64,000 nt of DNA from an uncultured Neisseria sp. (GCA_964563885.1 CAZLYX010000002.1:12293-76292), one strand, 5' to 3'; counted from the first letter of the stretch, positions 16,761 to 25,108 are shown. Program-made: numbers and translations. Notes: a model not told the origin generated them from the sequence alone.

Positions 16761-18377
16761 TTAATGAGCAGGGCGACAGCTAGAAAATATATCTAAATCA
16801 CGTTGATATTCTTTGGTTTGCACATCCATTAAACCCAAGATTGAATGAAACAAATTGTCGTGTGAATATTCTGTTGCTGCACTGTTAACTAAGCAATCTT
16901 GGTTTAATTTTTGTGTTTGATAAAAGCCTTTGCTTGCCCAAAATATCATCGGAACTTGAGTTTGTTCTTTGGGAGCCACAGCATAAGGCGCACCATGCAA
17001 GTACATACCATTTTCGCCCAGAGATTCACCGTGGTCTGATGCATAGATTAATGCAGTATCGCTATTTGGCTGTTCTTGTAAGAGCTTGATGGTAGAGGCC
17101 AACATGTGGTCTATGTATACAACAGTGTTGTCATAGGTGTTATTTAGCTGTTCGGTAGAGCAATCTTGTAATTGATTGGTATCGCATGTTGGTGTGAATT
17201 TTTTGAACTCATCAGTGTAGCGTTGATAATAAGCCGGGCCATGACTGCCCATGGTGTGCAGCACAATAATACCGTCGGTTGGCATATTGCGGATTTCTTC
17301 AGCTAAACCATTGAGAGCGGTCATATCGTAGCAACCATCATCACTACATTGTCCAGCTTGTGCAATAGAATCTATTTGAATGTGTTTAATGCGATCACAA
17401 GTGCCTTTACAGCCGCCATCATTTTCACGCCATGAGGTGTAGAGCCCGCCGCGCTGCAAAATATCCATTAACCCTTCACTATGTTTAGCCGCGGCTGGTT
17501 TATAGCTTTTACGAGCCATATTAGAAAACATACATGGCAACGAAATTGCGGTTGCGGTGCCGCAGGAAGAAAAATTGGGATAGTTGATAACATCCTCTGT
17601 TTTGGCTAATTCTGGAGTGGTATTGCGTACACCTGAGTTTAAACCCCAGCTTTGTGCTCGCGTGGTTTCGCCTACTACAAAAACCAACAGGCGTTTGCGT
17701 TCGCTAGGTGTGGCGTTGCGCTTGGCATCTGTGCCGATTTGTACAAATGGGCGGTTGGCATCATATGCACCATAAGCCGTAGTAATCATGGCAGCTATTA
17801 GATTGGTGGGTGCTATTTGATGTGGAATGGCGTGGTTATTGCGAAAAAAAGAAGCGTAATTTTGATAACCAGCGGCAGCAATAGCGCCAATGACCACCAA
17901 AGAGCCGACCATACTTAATAAGCGGCTGCCCATTTCGCTATACCATTTTGGCGAATATTTAACTTTGACATAGCGAAGATACACAAAGACTGGCAAAACG
18001 CCTGTGAGCACAATCCATAAAATAAATTTCACACTTAGCCAAGCGCTGGCCTCAGCTGGATTGCTTTGCAGCAAATTTTGAATCATGTCGCTATTAAAGT
18101 AAATTTGTTGCGTCATGGTAGCGTATGAGGCACCAGAGCCTGCCAAAATTAGAAAAGGCAAGATAAGACGGTGAATTTTAGGCCAGAATAATAATTGCAT
18201 CACAAAGTTGATGAATGCAATCAAAAATAATGGCATGGTGAGCACCAATAACCAATCACGTTTATTGTTTATTAAAGTAACGTCCCAAGTTTTTTGCCAA
18301 AAACCGAGATTCAATACCATCACCGCGTAAAGGCAAAACAAGACAATGATTTGGTTGCGTGTGAGATTGAGACGCAT
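16761..18377 (-). CDS. eptA: Lipid A phosphoethanolamine transferase (EptA/LptA, MCR family)
   Basis: It has five N-terminal TM helices plus a sulfatase-type domain. The conserved EptA/MCR blocks VVGETTRAQSWGLNSG, HTMGSHGPAYYQRY and YASDHGESLGENGMYLHG are present. Confidence 0.92.
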   Translation of the reverse strand: MRLNLTRNQIIVLFCLYAVMVLNLGFWQKTWDVTLINNKRDWLLVLTMPLFLIAFINFVMQLLFWPKIHRLILPFLILAGSGASYATMTQQIYFNSDMIQNLLQSNPAEASAWLSVKFILWIVLTGVLPVFVYLRYVKVKYSPKWYSEMGSRLLSMVGSLVVIGAIAAAGYQNYASFFRNNHAIPHQIAPTNLIAAMITTAYGAYDANRPFVQIGTDAKRNATPSERKRLLVFVVGETTRAQSWGLNSGVRNTTPELAKTEDVINYPNFSSCGTATAISLPCMFSNMARKSYKPAAAKHSEGLMDILQRGGLYTSWRENDGGCKGTCDRIKHIQIDSIAQAGQCSDDGCYDMTALNGLAEEIRNMPTDGIIVLHTMGSHGPAYYQRYTDEFKKFTPTCDTNQLQDCSTEQLNNTYDNTVVYIDHMLASTIKLLQEQPNSDTALIYASDHGESLGENGMYLHGAPYAVAPKEQTQVPMIFWASKGFYQTQKLNQDCLVNSAATEYSHDNLFHSILGLMDVQTKEYQRDLDIFSSCRPAH

Positions 18378-18427
18378 CTTAAAACCACTTTCAAAATATA
18401 TATATGTAGCTAGATTATTTCATGAAG

Positions 18428-18444
18428 CTTAAGCAAATCTTAAG
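18428..18444. promoter_or_regulatory. PmrA/BasR-box-like direct repeat CTTAAG-caaat-CTTAAG upstream of eptA
   Basis: Read directly. It lies 51-67 nt upstream of the eptA start codon (18377, minus strand). Confidence 0.55.
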
Positions 18445-18516
18445 AAGTGAAATCATTAAGGCAAAATTTAGTTGGGATTTTTATAATAAAAACAATAAAT
18501 TAAATTAATTTTAAAA

Positions 18517-18533
18517 TTTAAGATTCACTTAAG
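18517..18533. promoter_or_regulatory. PmrA/BasR-box-like direct repeat TTTAAG-attca-CTTAAG upstream of the PepSY gene
   Basis: Read directly. It lies 64-80 nt upstream of the ATG at 18597. The flanking sequence is similar to the site at 19543. Confidence 0.55.
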
Positions 18534-18596
18534 CATGGCTTGTTTAAATGTGTTCACAGCAAACGCTGTTTTGAATCATTAAATAGGAGCATCACC

Positions 18597-18869
18597 ATGT
18601 TGAAACAAACCATATTTGCCGTATTGGCCGCTACTTTTTCTGTTGGCGCTTTTGCTGGTACTAAGTGCATTGACCATCCGCAAAACGAAAAAATTCCAGC
18701 AGCAAAATTTCAAGAGCAATTGAAACAACAGGGATATCAAATTAAGAAGTTCAAAGAAACCAGTGGCAACTGTTATGAAATATATGGACACAATAAAGAT
18801 GGTCAAAAAGTAGAAATTTATTTTGATACTAAAACTGGCCAAGTTGTAAAAAGTAAAATGGATGACTAA
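18597..18869 (+). CDS. PepSY domain-containing periplasmic protein
   Basis: The start was moved to the ATG at 18597, which has AGGAG upstream. It has a signal peptide (MLKQTIFAVLAATFSVGAFA). CYEIYGHNKDGQKVEIYFDTKTGQVV is a PepSY-type beta-hairpin motif. Confidence 0.65.
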   Translation: MLKQTIFAVLAATFSVGAFAGTKCIDHPQNEKIPAAKFQEQLKQQGYQIKKFKETSGNCYEIYGHNKDGQKVEIYFDTKTGQVVKSKMDD

Positions 18870-18947
18870 ATTTATTAAATAATCCAGTTAGGCTGCCTTA
18901 AAAAGCATTGCTAGCGTATTGATTTTTAATGAACGCAATGTTTTACC

Positions 18948-18979
18948 AAAACGGCCTTGTTAACTAAACAGGCCGTTTT
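18948..18979 (+). terminator. Terminator-like hairpin
   Basis: aaaacggcctg-ttaactaaa-caggccgtttt. Confidence 0.65.
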
Positions 18980-19003
18980 AAAGTTTAAGGAAGAGGAAGA
19001 ACC

Positions 19004-19525
19004 ATGAAAACCGTTAAAGTTTGGGATTTACCTGTTCGCATAAGCCATTGGGGTTTAGCAATCTGTGTGTTGGCCAATCTTTTTATTACCGAAGATGGCA
19101 GTGATATCCATAGTTATCTCGGCTATACCGCAGTAGGAATAGTGGTATTTCGATTACTGTGGGGCTTAATTGGCAATCGTTACGCGCGATTCAGTGATTT
19201 TTGGCCAACACCAGCGCGTTTAAAAACCCATGCTTCCAATATGATGCACGGTAAGCGTGATGAACATTTAGGACACAATCCATTTGGTGCATTAATGATG
19301 TTGGCGCTTTGGGCTGGTGTCATTGGTTTGGGTATCACTGGTTGGATGATGGGCACTGATCAGTTTTGGGGAGAAGATTGGGTAGAAGATGTGCATGAAG
19401 TGTTTGCAGATGGTATGATTTTTTTGATTAGCTTCCATGTTGTAGCAGTGTTTTTAATGTCATGGTATGAAAAACGTAATTTAGTACGTTCTATGATTAA
19501 TGGTAATAAAAATATAGATGAGTAA
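19004..19525 (+). CDS. Cytochrome b561 / Ni-Fe-hydrogenase b-type cytochrome family membrane protein
   Basis: It has 4 TM helices with conserved His residues (VRISHWGL..., HLGHNPFGA..., SFHVVAVF). It is the typical partner of PepSY genes. Confidence 0.65.
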   Translation: MKTVKVWDLPVRISHWGLAICVLANLFITEDGSDIHSYLGYTAVGIVVFRLLWGLIGNRYARFSDFWPTPARLKTHASNMMHGKRDEHLGHNPFGALMMLALWAGVIGLGITGWMMGTDQFWGEDWVEDVHEVFADGMIFLISFHVVAVFLMSWYEKRNLVRSMINGNKNIDE

Positions 19526-19542
19526 TCTAAATTAAGCTCAAA

Positions 19543-19559
19543 ATTAAGATTGTCTTAAG
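19543..19559. promoter_or_regulatory. PmrA/BasR-box-like direct repeat ATTAAG-attgt-CTTAAG upstream of the response-regulator gene
   Basis: Read directly. A further ATTAAG half-site lies at 19531-19536. Confidence 0.5.
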
Positions 19560-19610
19560 CTTGGTTTGATTTAATGAGCATACAGAGAGTTTTTTTCATT
19601 GAAACCCCTT

Positions 19611-19647
19611 TAGCTGCCTAACGTTCTATTGGATGTTCAGGCAGCCT
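19611..19647. terminator. Imperfect hairpin ending in a different DUS dialect (reverse complement AGGCTGCCTGAA) plus a T-run
   Basis: tagctgcctaacgttctattggatgTTCAGGCAGCCTttttt. Confidence 0.5.
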
Positions 19648-19710
19648 TTTTTGTTAATTAAAGAGCCATGATATTTATTTTTCGGTATGATTTTGGTATT
19701 GGAGATTCCT

Positions 19711-20373
19711 ATGCGTATTTTATTAATTGAAGATGATCCCCATATTGGCGATGGCTTATATCGAGGTTTAGAAAAACATGGCATGACTGTGGATTGGTTC
19801 AAAACAGGTCGTCATGGTCAAGATGCTATGCAAACGGCGCCTTATGATGCGGCGGTGCTTGATTTGGGCTTGCCTGATATAGACGGTATGGAGATTCTCT
19901 CGTATTGGCGGCGTTATGGTTGCAATACGCCCGTATTGATTTTAACTGCGCGTGATGCGTTGCCAGAGCGTTTGGCGGGGTTAAACAGTGGCGCCGATGA
20001 TTATTTATGTAAGCCATTTGCGCTGGATGAAGTGGCTGTGCGATTGACGGTATTAGTGCGCCGAAGCCAAGGCCGCTCAGTGGCTGAATTGACTTACGGT
20101 AATCTCAAAATGGATACTATTGCTAAAACGGCTACGCTACATGGTGAGCCGTTGGTGTTAACACAGCGTGAATATATGTTGTTAGAATTATTGTTGTCAC
20201 AACCCACACACATTATAAGTCGGGCTCAAATTGAAGATAAGCTTTATGGCTGGTCGCAAGAACTGGAAAGCAATACCATAGAAGTGCACATCCATCATTT
20301 GCGTAAAAAAATTGGCTCAAAATTTATTCAAACTCAACGTGGTTTAGGTTATCGCTTAGGTGAGAAACCTTAA
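19711..20373 (+). CDS. OmpR/PhoB-family response regulator (PmrA/BasR/QseB-like)
   Basis: The start was moved to the ATG at 19711 (MRILLIEDD), which has GGAG upstream. It has receiver Asp (AAVLDLGLPDIDG) and a winged-helix C-terminal domain (TQRGLGYRL). Confidence 0.9.
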   Translation: MRILLIEDDPHIGDGLYRGLEKHGMTVDWFKTGRHGQDAMQTAPYDAAVLDLGLPDIDGMEILSYWRRYGCNTPVLILTARDALPERLAGLNSGADDYLCKPFALDEVAVRLTVLVRRSQGRSVAELTYGNLKMDTIAKTATLHGEPLVLTQREYMLLELLLSQPTHIISRAQIEDKLYGWSQELESNTIEVHIHHLRKKIGSKFIQTQRGLGYRLGEKP

Positions 20374-20377
20374 CTTC

Positions 20378-20389
20378 TTCAGGTAGCCT
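20378..20389 (-). repeat. DUS exact copy filling the 17-nt spacer between the regulator and kinase genes
   Basis: taacttcTTCAGGTAGCCTtATG. Confidence 0.9.
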
Positions 20390-20390
20390 T

Positions 20391-21761
20391 ATGTCTGCAC
20401 CTCATTCTACTTATAGTATTCGTCAGAATTTATTGCGTTCGCTGGGCAAGGTTTTGCCAGTGATGTGGTTACTGATTACTGTGCTCTCAATCCCTCCCGT
20501 TTTGCATGAAATCAATGAGGCGGGGGATACAGCTATGGTGCAATTGGCTCGAAATTTATTATCTGTAGAAACGGATGACGATGATGATGACATCGAAATA
20601 TTGCTCAACAATAAACAAATGATTGATGAAGGCAATAAAGGCAATGTGAGCAATAGTTTTTCTGGCTTTGCAATTTGGAATGAATCTGGACGTTTATTGC
20701 TGTCTGATAGTGTAGGTGCACGCATATCCTTTGAGCCAGAAGCCAGCGGTTTTGTTAACCATGATGTGTGGTGGCATCGTGATGCATGGCGCACGCTTTA
20801 TCTGCAAGATAAGGATCAAGAACGCTATGTTGCAGTAACTTTTCGTTGGAAAGAGCGCTTAGAAACCTTGCTTCAAGCCATGTTGCCACCGTTGCTGTTA
20901 TGGCTACTCAGTTTGCCGATATTATTATGGGTATTGGCGCGCGGTATCCGCACAGGTTTAAAGCCACTTGATGATTTAAGCGATGAATTAACTCAGCGTG
21001 ATGCCAATAGTTTGCTAGAAGTTTCTGAAGATGTTCCCGCAGAAGTTTTGCCATTGGTGCATTCATTAAATAGTTTGTTTGGACGAGTTTCTACTGTTTT
21101 AGAGCGTGAACAAAGGTTTACTTCAGATGCCGCTCATGAATTGCGCAGCCCACTGGCGGCGTTAAGAGTGCAGGTTGAAGTTTTAGCGATGAGCCAAGAC
21201 CCACAAGAGCAAGCGCACCACTCGGCGCAAGTGCAGGCTAGCATTAAACGGGCAGAAAATCTGATTAGCCAATTGCTGGTGTTGGCACGCATAGACCCAG
21301 CTAAGCCACATTTGGACTGGCCAGTTGTCGATTGGAATGAAATCAGCGCTGAAGCGTTACAAAGCGTTAATCTCAATGCCCGTGAACGATACATCAAATT
21401 ACAACGTGAAATAAGCGACAAGCCATTGCCCATTCAGGGCGATGCTGTTTTGTTGCAATTAATGTTGCGCAATTTGCTAGACAATGCTGTGCGCTATTCG
21501 CCTGAGCAGAGCAAAGTTATGTTGGTATTAGCAGATGATTTTATTGAAGTTTATGACCAAGGAGCAGGCGTTTCCGAACATCATCTAGACAAGCTCGCGG
21601 CAAGGTTTTATCGACCCGCAGGTCAAAATGAGCAGGGTAGTGGCTTGGGCTTGGCCATTGTTGAACAAGTTGCGCGCTTGCACGGATTGAAATTGATTTT
21701 GAGCAACAAGCCAGAAGGTGGGTTTAGTGCGCGTTTAGAGAGAATACTAACAAGTCTATAA
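20391..21761 (+). CDS. Sensor histidine kinase (PmrB/BasS/QseC-like)
   Basis: It has two TM segments flanking a periplasmic domain of about 130 aa, an H-box (AAHELRSPLAAL), an N-box (LRNLLDNAVRY) and G-boxes (DQGAG, GSGLGLAI). Confidence 0.9.
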   Translation: MSAPHSTYSIRQNLLRSLGKVLPVMWLLITVLSIPPVLHEINEAGDTAMVQLARNLLSVETDDDDDDIEILLNNKQMIDEGNKGNVSNSFSGFAIWNESGRLLLSDSVGARISFEPEASGFVNHDVWWHRDAWRTLYLQDKDQERYVAVTFRWKERLETLLQAMLPPLLLWLLSLPILLWVLARGIRTGLKPLDDLSDELTQRDANSLLEVSEDVPAEVLPLVHSLNSLFGRVSTVLEREQRFTSDAAHELRSPLAALRVQVEVLAMSQDPQEQAHHSAQVQASIKRAENLISQLLVLARIDPAKPHLDWPVVDWNEISAEALQSVNLNARERYIKLQREISDKPLPIQGDAVLLQLMLRNLLDNAVRYSPEQSKVMLVLADDFIEVYDQGAGVSEHHLDKLAARFYRPAGQNEQGSGLGLAIVEQVARLHGLKLILSNKPEGGFSARLERILTSL

Positions 21762-21767
21762 TGCAAA

Positions 21768-21779
21768 AGGCTACCTGAA
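21768..21779 (+). repeat. DUS exact copy (single, intergenic)
   Basis: Read directly. Confidence 0.9.
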
Positions 21780-21829
21780 AGTATAATAATGTAATGGCAT
21801 GTTTAATTTAAAACCAATTATTGATAATG

Positions 21830-21857
21830 AGGCTACCTGAATATTTTCAGGTAGCCT
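21830..21857. terminator. Exact DUS inverted pair
   Basis: gAGGCTACCTGAAtattTTCAGGTAGCCTc. Confidence 0.85.
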
Positions 21858-21951
21858 CAAGTTTTGGCTGTCTTGGCGATATGCAAACATACGTTCACAT
21901 AAATTACGGTACAATGCGTGCTTCATTTCATGATAAGGATTGGCCTCACTG

Positions 21952-23205
21952 ATGGCTTCGTTAGAATCTTGGATTGGCTTGCGTTATTTGCGAGCAAAAA
22001 AGCGCAATGGCTTTATGTCGTTCATCACATTGGTGTCGATTGCTGGTATCGCTTTGGGTGTTACCGCGCTGATTGTGGTGTTATCGGTAATGAACGGTTT
22101 TCAAAAAGAAATTCGCGGGCAATTGCTCAATGTCGCGCCACATACTGAGATTGGTTATTACGATAACGGCAATGGCGAGCCTTGGCAAAATCTGCGCAAA
22201 ATGGTTGCTGGCAAAAAAGAAGTACTCGCTACTGCGCCTTATGTGGCTGAGCAAGCGCTGTTGGCTCATTCTGGTGAAGTACGCGGAGTACAAATTCGCG
22301 GCATTGATCCAGCAGAAGAAAATAATGTTGTTGATTATGGCAAGAAAACTGAACCTGGTGGCAATTTTAATCAGCTAACATCTGGCGAGTTCGACCTGAT
22401 TTTAGGTGCTGATTTGGCCACAGCATTGGGTGCAGAAATCAATGGTAAAATCACTGTAATTACGCCAGAGGGCAATGTTACGCCTGCTGGCATGGTGCCA
22501 AGATTGAAGCAATTTAATGTGGTGGGCATCATTAAAACAGGTGTGTTTGAGGTGGATAACTCTTTAGCGTTAACCCATATTGATGATGCGCAAGTGCTTT
22601 ATCGTTTAGGTGAGGGTGTTAGCGGCTTACGCTTAAAATTGGCTGATCCACAAAATGCCCCCGCGCTCATGCAAACGCTCATTCCGAAAGCACAAGCTGA
22701 TCAGGTTTGGGCTCGAGATTGGACATTTGCAAACCGCACTTATTTTGAAGCAGTAGAGCTTGAAAAGCGCATGATGTTCATCATTTTAACGCTGATTATC
22801 GCTGTAGCTGCGTTTAATCTAGTGTCATCATTAGTGATGGCGGTAACAGAAAAACAGGCTGATATCGCTATTTTGCGTACATTGGGTTTATCGCCTAGCG
22901 GGGTGATGAAAATTTTCATGGTGCAAGGTGCATTTGCAGGCTTTTTTGGCACGCTCATTGGTGTGGTGTGTGGCGTGTTGTTGGGCTGGAATGTGGGTAA
23001 AATCGTGGCTTTTTTTGAAAAACTATTTGGCGTACACTTAATCAATTCACAAGTTTATTTTATCGATTATCTACCCTCAGATGTGAATCTGCGCGATGTG
23101 GTGGTGATTGCGTCTATTTCCCTATTTTTAGCCTTTATTGCCACGCTTTATCCAAGCTGGCGTGCATCTAAAACCCAACCTGCGGAGGCTTTGCGCTATG
23201 AGTAA
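21952..23205 (+). CDS. lolC: Lipoprotein-releasing system transmembrane subunit (LolC/LolE family; only one such gene here)
   Basis: The N-terminus [17 protein letters not shown] is LolC/E-like. It has the MacB-type periplasmic domain and an FtsX C-terminal 3-TM domain. I prefer the ATG at 21952 over the TTG at 21940. Confidence 0.88.
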   Translation: MASLESWIGLRYLRAKKRNGFMSFITLVSIAGIALGVTALIVVLSVMNGFQKEIRGQLLNVAPHTEIGYYDNGNGEPWQNLRKMVAGKKEVLATAPYVAEQALLAHSGEVRGVQIRGIDPAEENNVVDYGKKTEPGGNFNQLTSGEFDLILGADLATALGAEINGKITVITPEGNVTPAGMVPRLKQFNVVGIIKTGVFEVDNSLALTHIDDAQVLYRLGEGVSGLRLKLADPQNAPALMQTLIPKAQADQVWARDWTFANRTYFEAVELEKRMMFIILTLIIAVAAFNLVSSLVMAVTEKQADIAILRTLGLSPSGVMKIFMVQGAFAGFFGTLIGVVCGVLLGWNVGKIVAFFEKLFGVHLINSQVYFIDYLPSDVNLRDVVVIASISLFLAFIATLYPSWRASKTQPAEALRYE

Positions 23206-23878
23206 TATTGTATTGGATTGCCAATCGGTTACTAAAAGCTATGAAGATGGTACTTTGAGCGTACAAGTGCTAAACGGCTTAAACTTTCAGGTAGCTGAGG
23301 GCAGCAGTATTGGCATTGTAGGCTCTTCAGGCAGCGGTAAATCTACGCTATTGCATATATTGGGCGGTTTAGATACGCCAACTTCTGGCAAAGTGATATT
23401 GATGGGGAAAGATTTAAGCACGTTAAATCAAAAAAAATTGGGCGATTTGCGCAATCTTTATTTAGGCTTTGTTTATCAGTTTCATCATTTGTTGTTAGAG
23501 TTTTCTGCTGTAGAAAACGTGATGATGCCATTGTTGATTGGTAAAATGCCTAAAGCAGAAGCAGAAGCTAAAGCCGCGCTAATGTTAGAAAAAGTAGGAT
23601 TAAAACAGCGCTTGTTGCACAGACCAAGTGAATTATCGGGTGGTGAGCGACAGCGTGCAGCGATTGCGCGAGCTTTGGTGACAGAGCCTAAATGCTTATT
23701 AGCTGATGAGCCCACTGGAAATCTAGATCGCAAAAATGCACAAAATATTCTTGATATGATGCTAGATTTAAAAACCGAAATGGGCACCAGCTTAGTGGTG
23801 GTGACGCATGATGAAGAGTTAGCTACGCGCTTTGATCGCGTGATGACCATGAATGATGGTCATTTAAAACCTGCCTAG
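23198..23878 (+). CDS. lolD: Lipoprotein-releasing system ATP-binding protein LolD
   Basis: The start was moved to the ATG at 23198, overlapping the lolC stop. It has Walker A (GSSGSGKST), the signature LSGGERQR and Walker B (LLADEPTG). Confidence 0.92.
   Translation: MSNIVLDCQSVTKSYEDGTLSVQVLNGLNFQVAEGSSIGIVGSSGSGKSTLLHILGGLDTPTSGKVILMGKDLSTLNQKKLGDLRNLYLGFVYQFHHLLLEFSAVENVMMPLLIGKMPKAEAEAKAALMLEKVGLKQRLLHRPSELSGGERQRAAIARALVTEPKCLLADEPTGNLDRKNAQNILDMMLDLKTEMGTSLVVVTHDEELATRFDRVMTMNDGHLKPA
23286..23297 (-). repeat. DUS variant (CAGCTACCTGAA) inside lolD
   Basis: ttcaggtagctg, read as FQVAE. Confidence 0.7.
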
Positions 23879-23889
23879 TTAAATATTGT

Positions 23890-23976
23890 TTCAGGTAGCC
23901 TTTTGTTAGTAACAACTAAAAACCGCGGTCTTGACGATCAGCGGTTTTTATTGTTTTAGGCTTGAGGCTACCTGAA
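23890..23976. terminator. Exact DUS copies in inverted orientation flanking an internal terminator hairpin (about 23918-23949)
   Basis: TTCAGGTAGCCT ... aaaaaccgc...gcggttttt ... AGGCTACCTGAA. It lies between the convergent genes lolD and can. Confidence 0.75.
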
Positions 23977-24010
23977 AAGGATGTTTAAAAAAATTATAAA
24001 TATAAAATGT

Positions 24011-24664
24011 TTACAGCATCTTGCCTGAATCAGTTAGGTCGTAAATTTGTTGTATGTCACGCAGAATATTTTCAAAATCAATATTCAAATCTTTAATATG
24101 ACCGGTATGTAAATCAAACACCCAGCCGTGTACCACGGGGAAATGTTCTCTTATATAGCGCTTTTGAACGCTGGCCATTTTAATAATGTTGATACATTGC
24201 TCTTGCACATTTAGCTCAACCAAGCGGTTGTAGCGCATTTGTGAATCTGTGATGGCATCTAAGGCTTCGCGATGGAGGCGGTAAACATCGCGAATATTGC
24301 GTAACCATGGGTTGAGCAAACCAAGATCTAATGGCTGCATTGCGGCCTTAATTCCACCACAATTATAATGACCACACACAATAATATGTTTTACGTGCAG
24401 TTGTTCAACGGCGTATTTCACCACCGAAGAAGCATTAAGATCAACAGTATTCACCAAATTGGCAATGTTGCGATGAACAAATACTTGCCCTGGTGCCATG
24501 CCCATCATTTCTTCTGCGCTAACGCGACTATCTGAGCAGCCAATATATAAATATTCTGGCGTTTGGTCTAGCGAAAGTTTGTCGAAAAAATCTGGCTCGG
24601 CACGTAATTTTTGCTCCGCCCATTTGCGATTATTTTCAAAAATCTCATCGTAAGAAGTGTTCAT
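24011..24664 (-). CDS. can: Beta-class carbonic anhydrase
   Basis: CSDSRV and HYNCGG zinc-ligand motifs are present. The 217-aa length is typical of Can. Confidence 0.92.
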   Translation of the reverse strand: MNTSYDEIFENNRKWAEQKLRAEPDFFDKLSLDQTPEYLYIGCSDSRVSAEEMMGMAPGQVFVHRNIANLVNTVDLNASSVVKYAVEQLHVKHIIVCGHYNCGGIKAAMQPLDLGLLNPWLRNIRDVYRLHREALDAITDSQMRYNRLVELNVQEQCINIIKMASVQKRYIREHFPVVHGWVFDLHTGHIKDLNIDFENILRDIQQIYDLTDSGKML

Positions 24665-24715
24665 GTTTTATTCCCTGGGCGCTAAGCAAACATATGAAAT
24701 TTCATACACAAAATA

Positions 24716-24736
24716 TGTGGATAACTGTGTGGATAA
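24716..24736 (+). promoter_or_regulatory. Two perfect DnaA boxes in tandem (TGTGGATAA ctg TGTGGATAA; complement TTATCCACA)
   Basis: Read directly at 24716-24724 and 24728-24736, about 52-72 nt upstream of the can start codon. Confidence 0.6.
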
Positions 24737-25108
24737 ACTTTGATTAACTCATAATAATGTTTACTATATCGATGTTACAATATTGTGATTAAAGTTTAAT
24801 CAATTAATAATTCATAAAAATCATTGACTTATATAAATTAAGGCAAAGCATGAAATGGCTGATAAAGTTTATCTAATGAAAACAATGTGCTTAAAAAATT
24901 GTGAATGAAAATGATTGACAGACACGGAAATCACCTCAAAGTTAAGAAACATTAGCGTCTGCGACAGTTTGAGCAATATTAAATCAAACTGGAGGCTAGG
25001 GTTATTGTTTTTTAGCAGAATGCTCTAAAGTTTAAGCTGAGTTTATAAATTTGACAAACTACTGGCTAAGCAATGGTTTGAAATGAAACATATAAGCCCT
25101 AAAGCAGT

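Noticed and set aside
16761-21761. The eptA region could be a mobile mcr-like resistance island.
   Set aside because: There is no IS, transposase, integrase or direct-repeat boundary. Composition is similar to the neighbours, and DUS copies are embedded throughout. It looks like a resident chromosomal eptA with its regulator.
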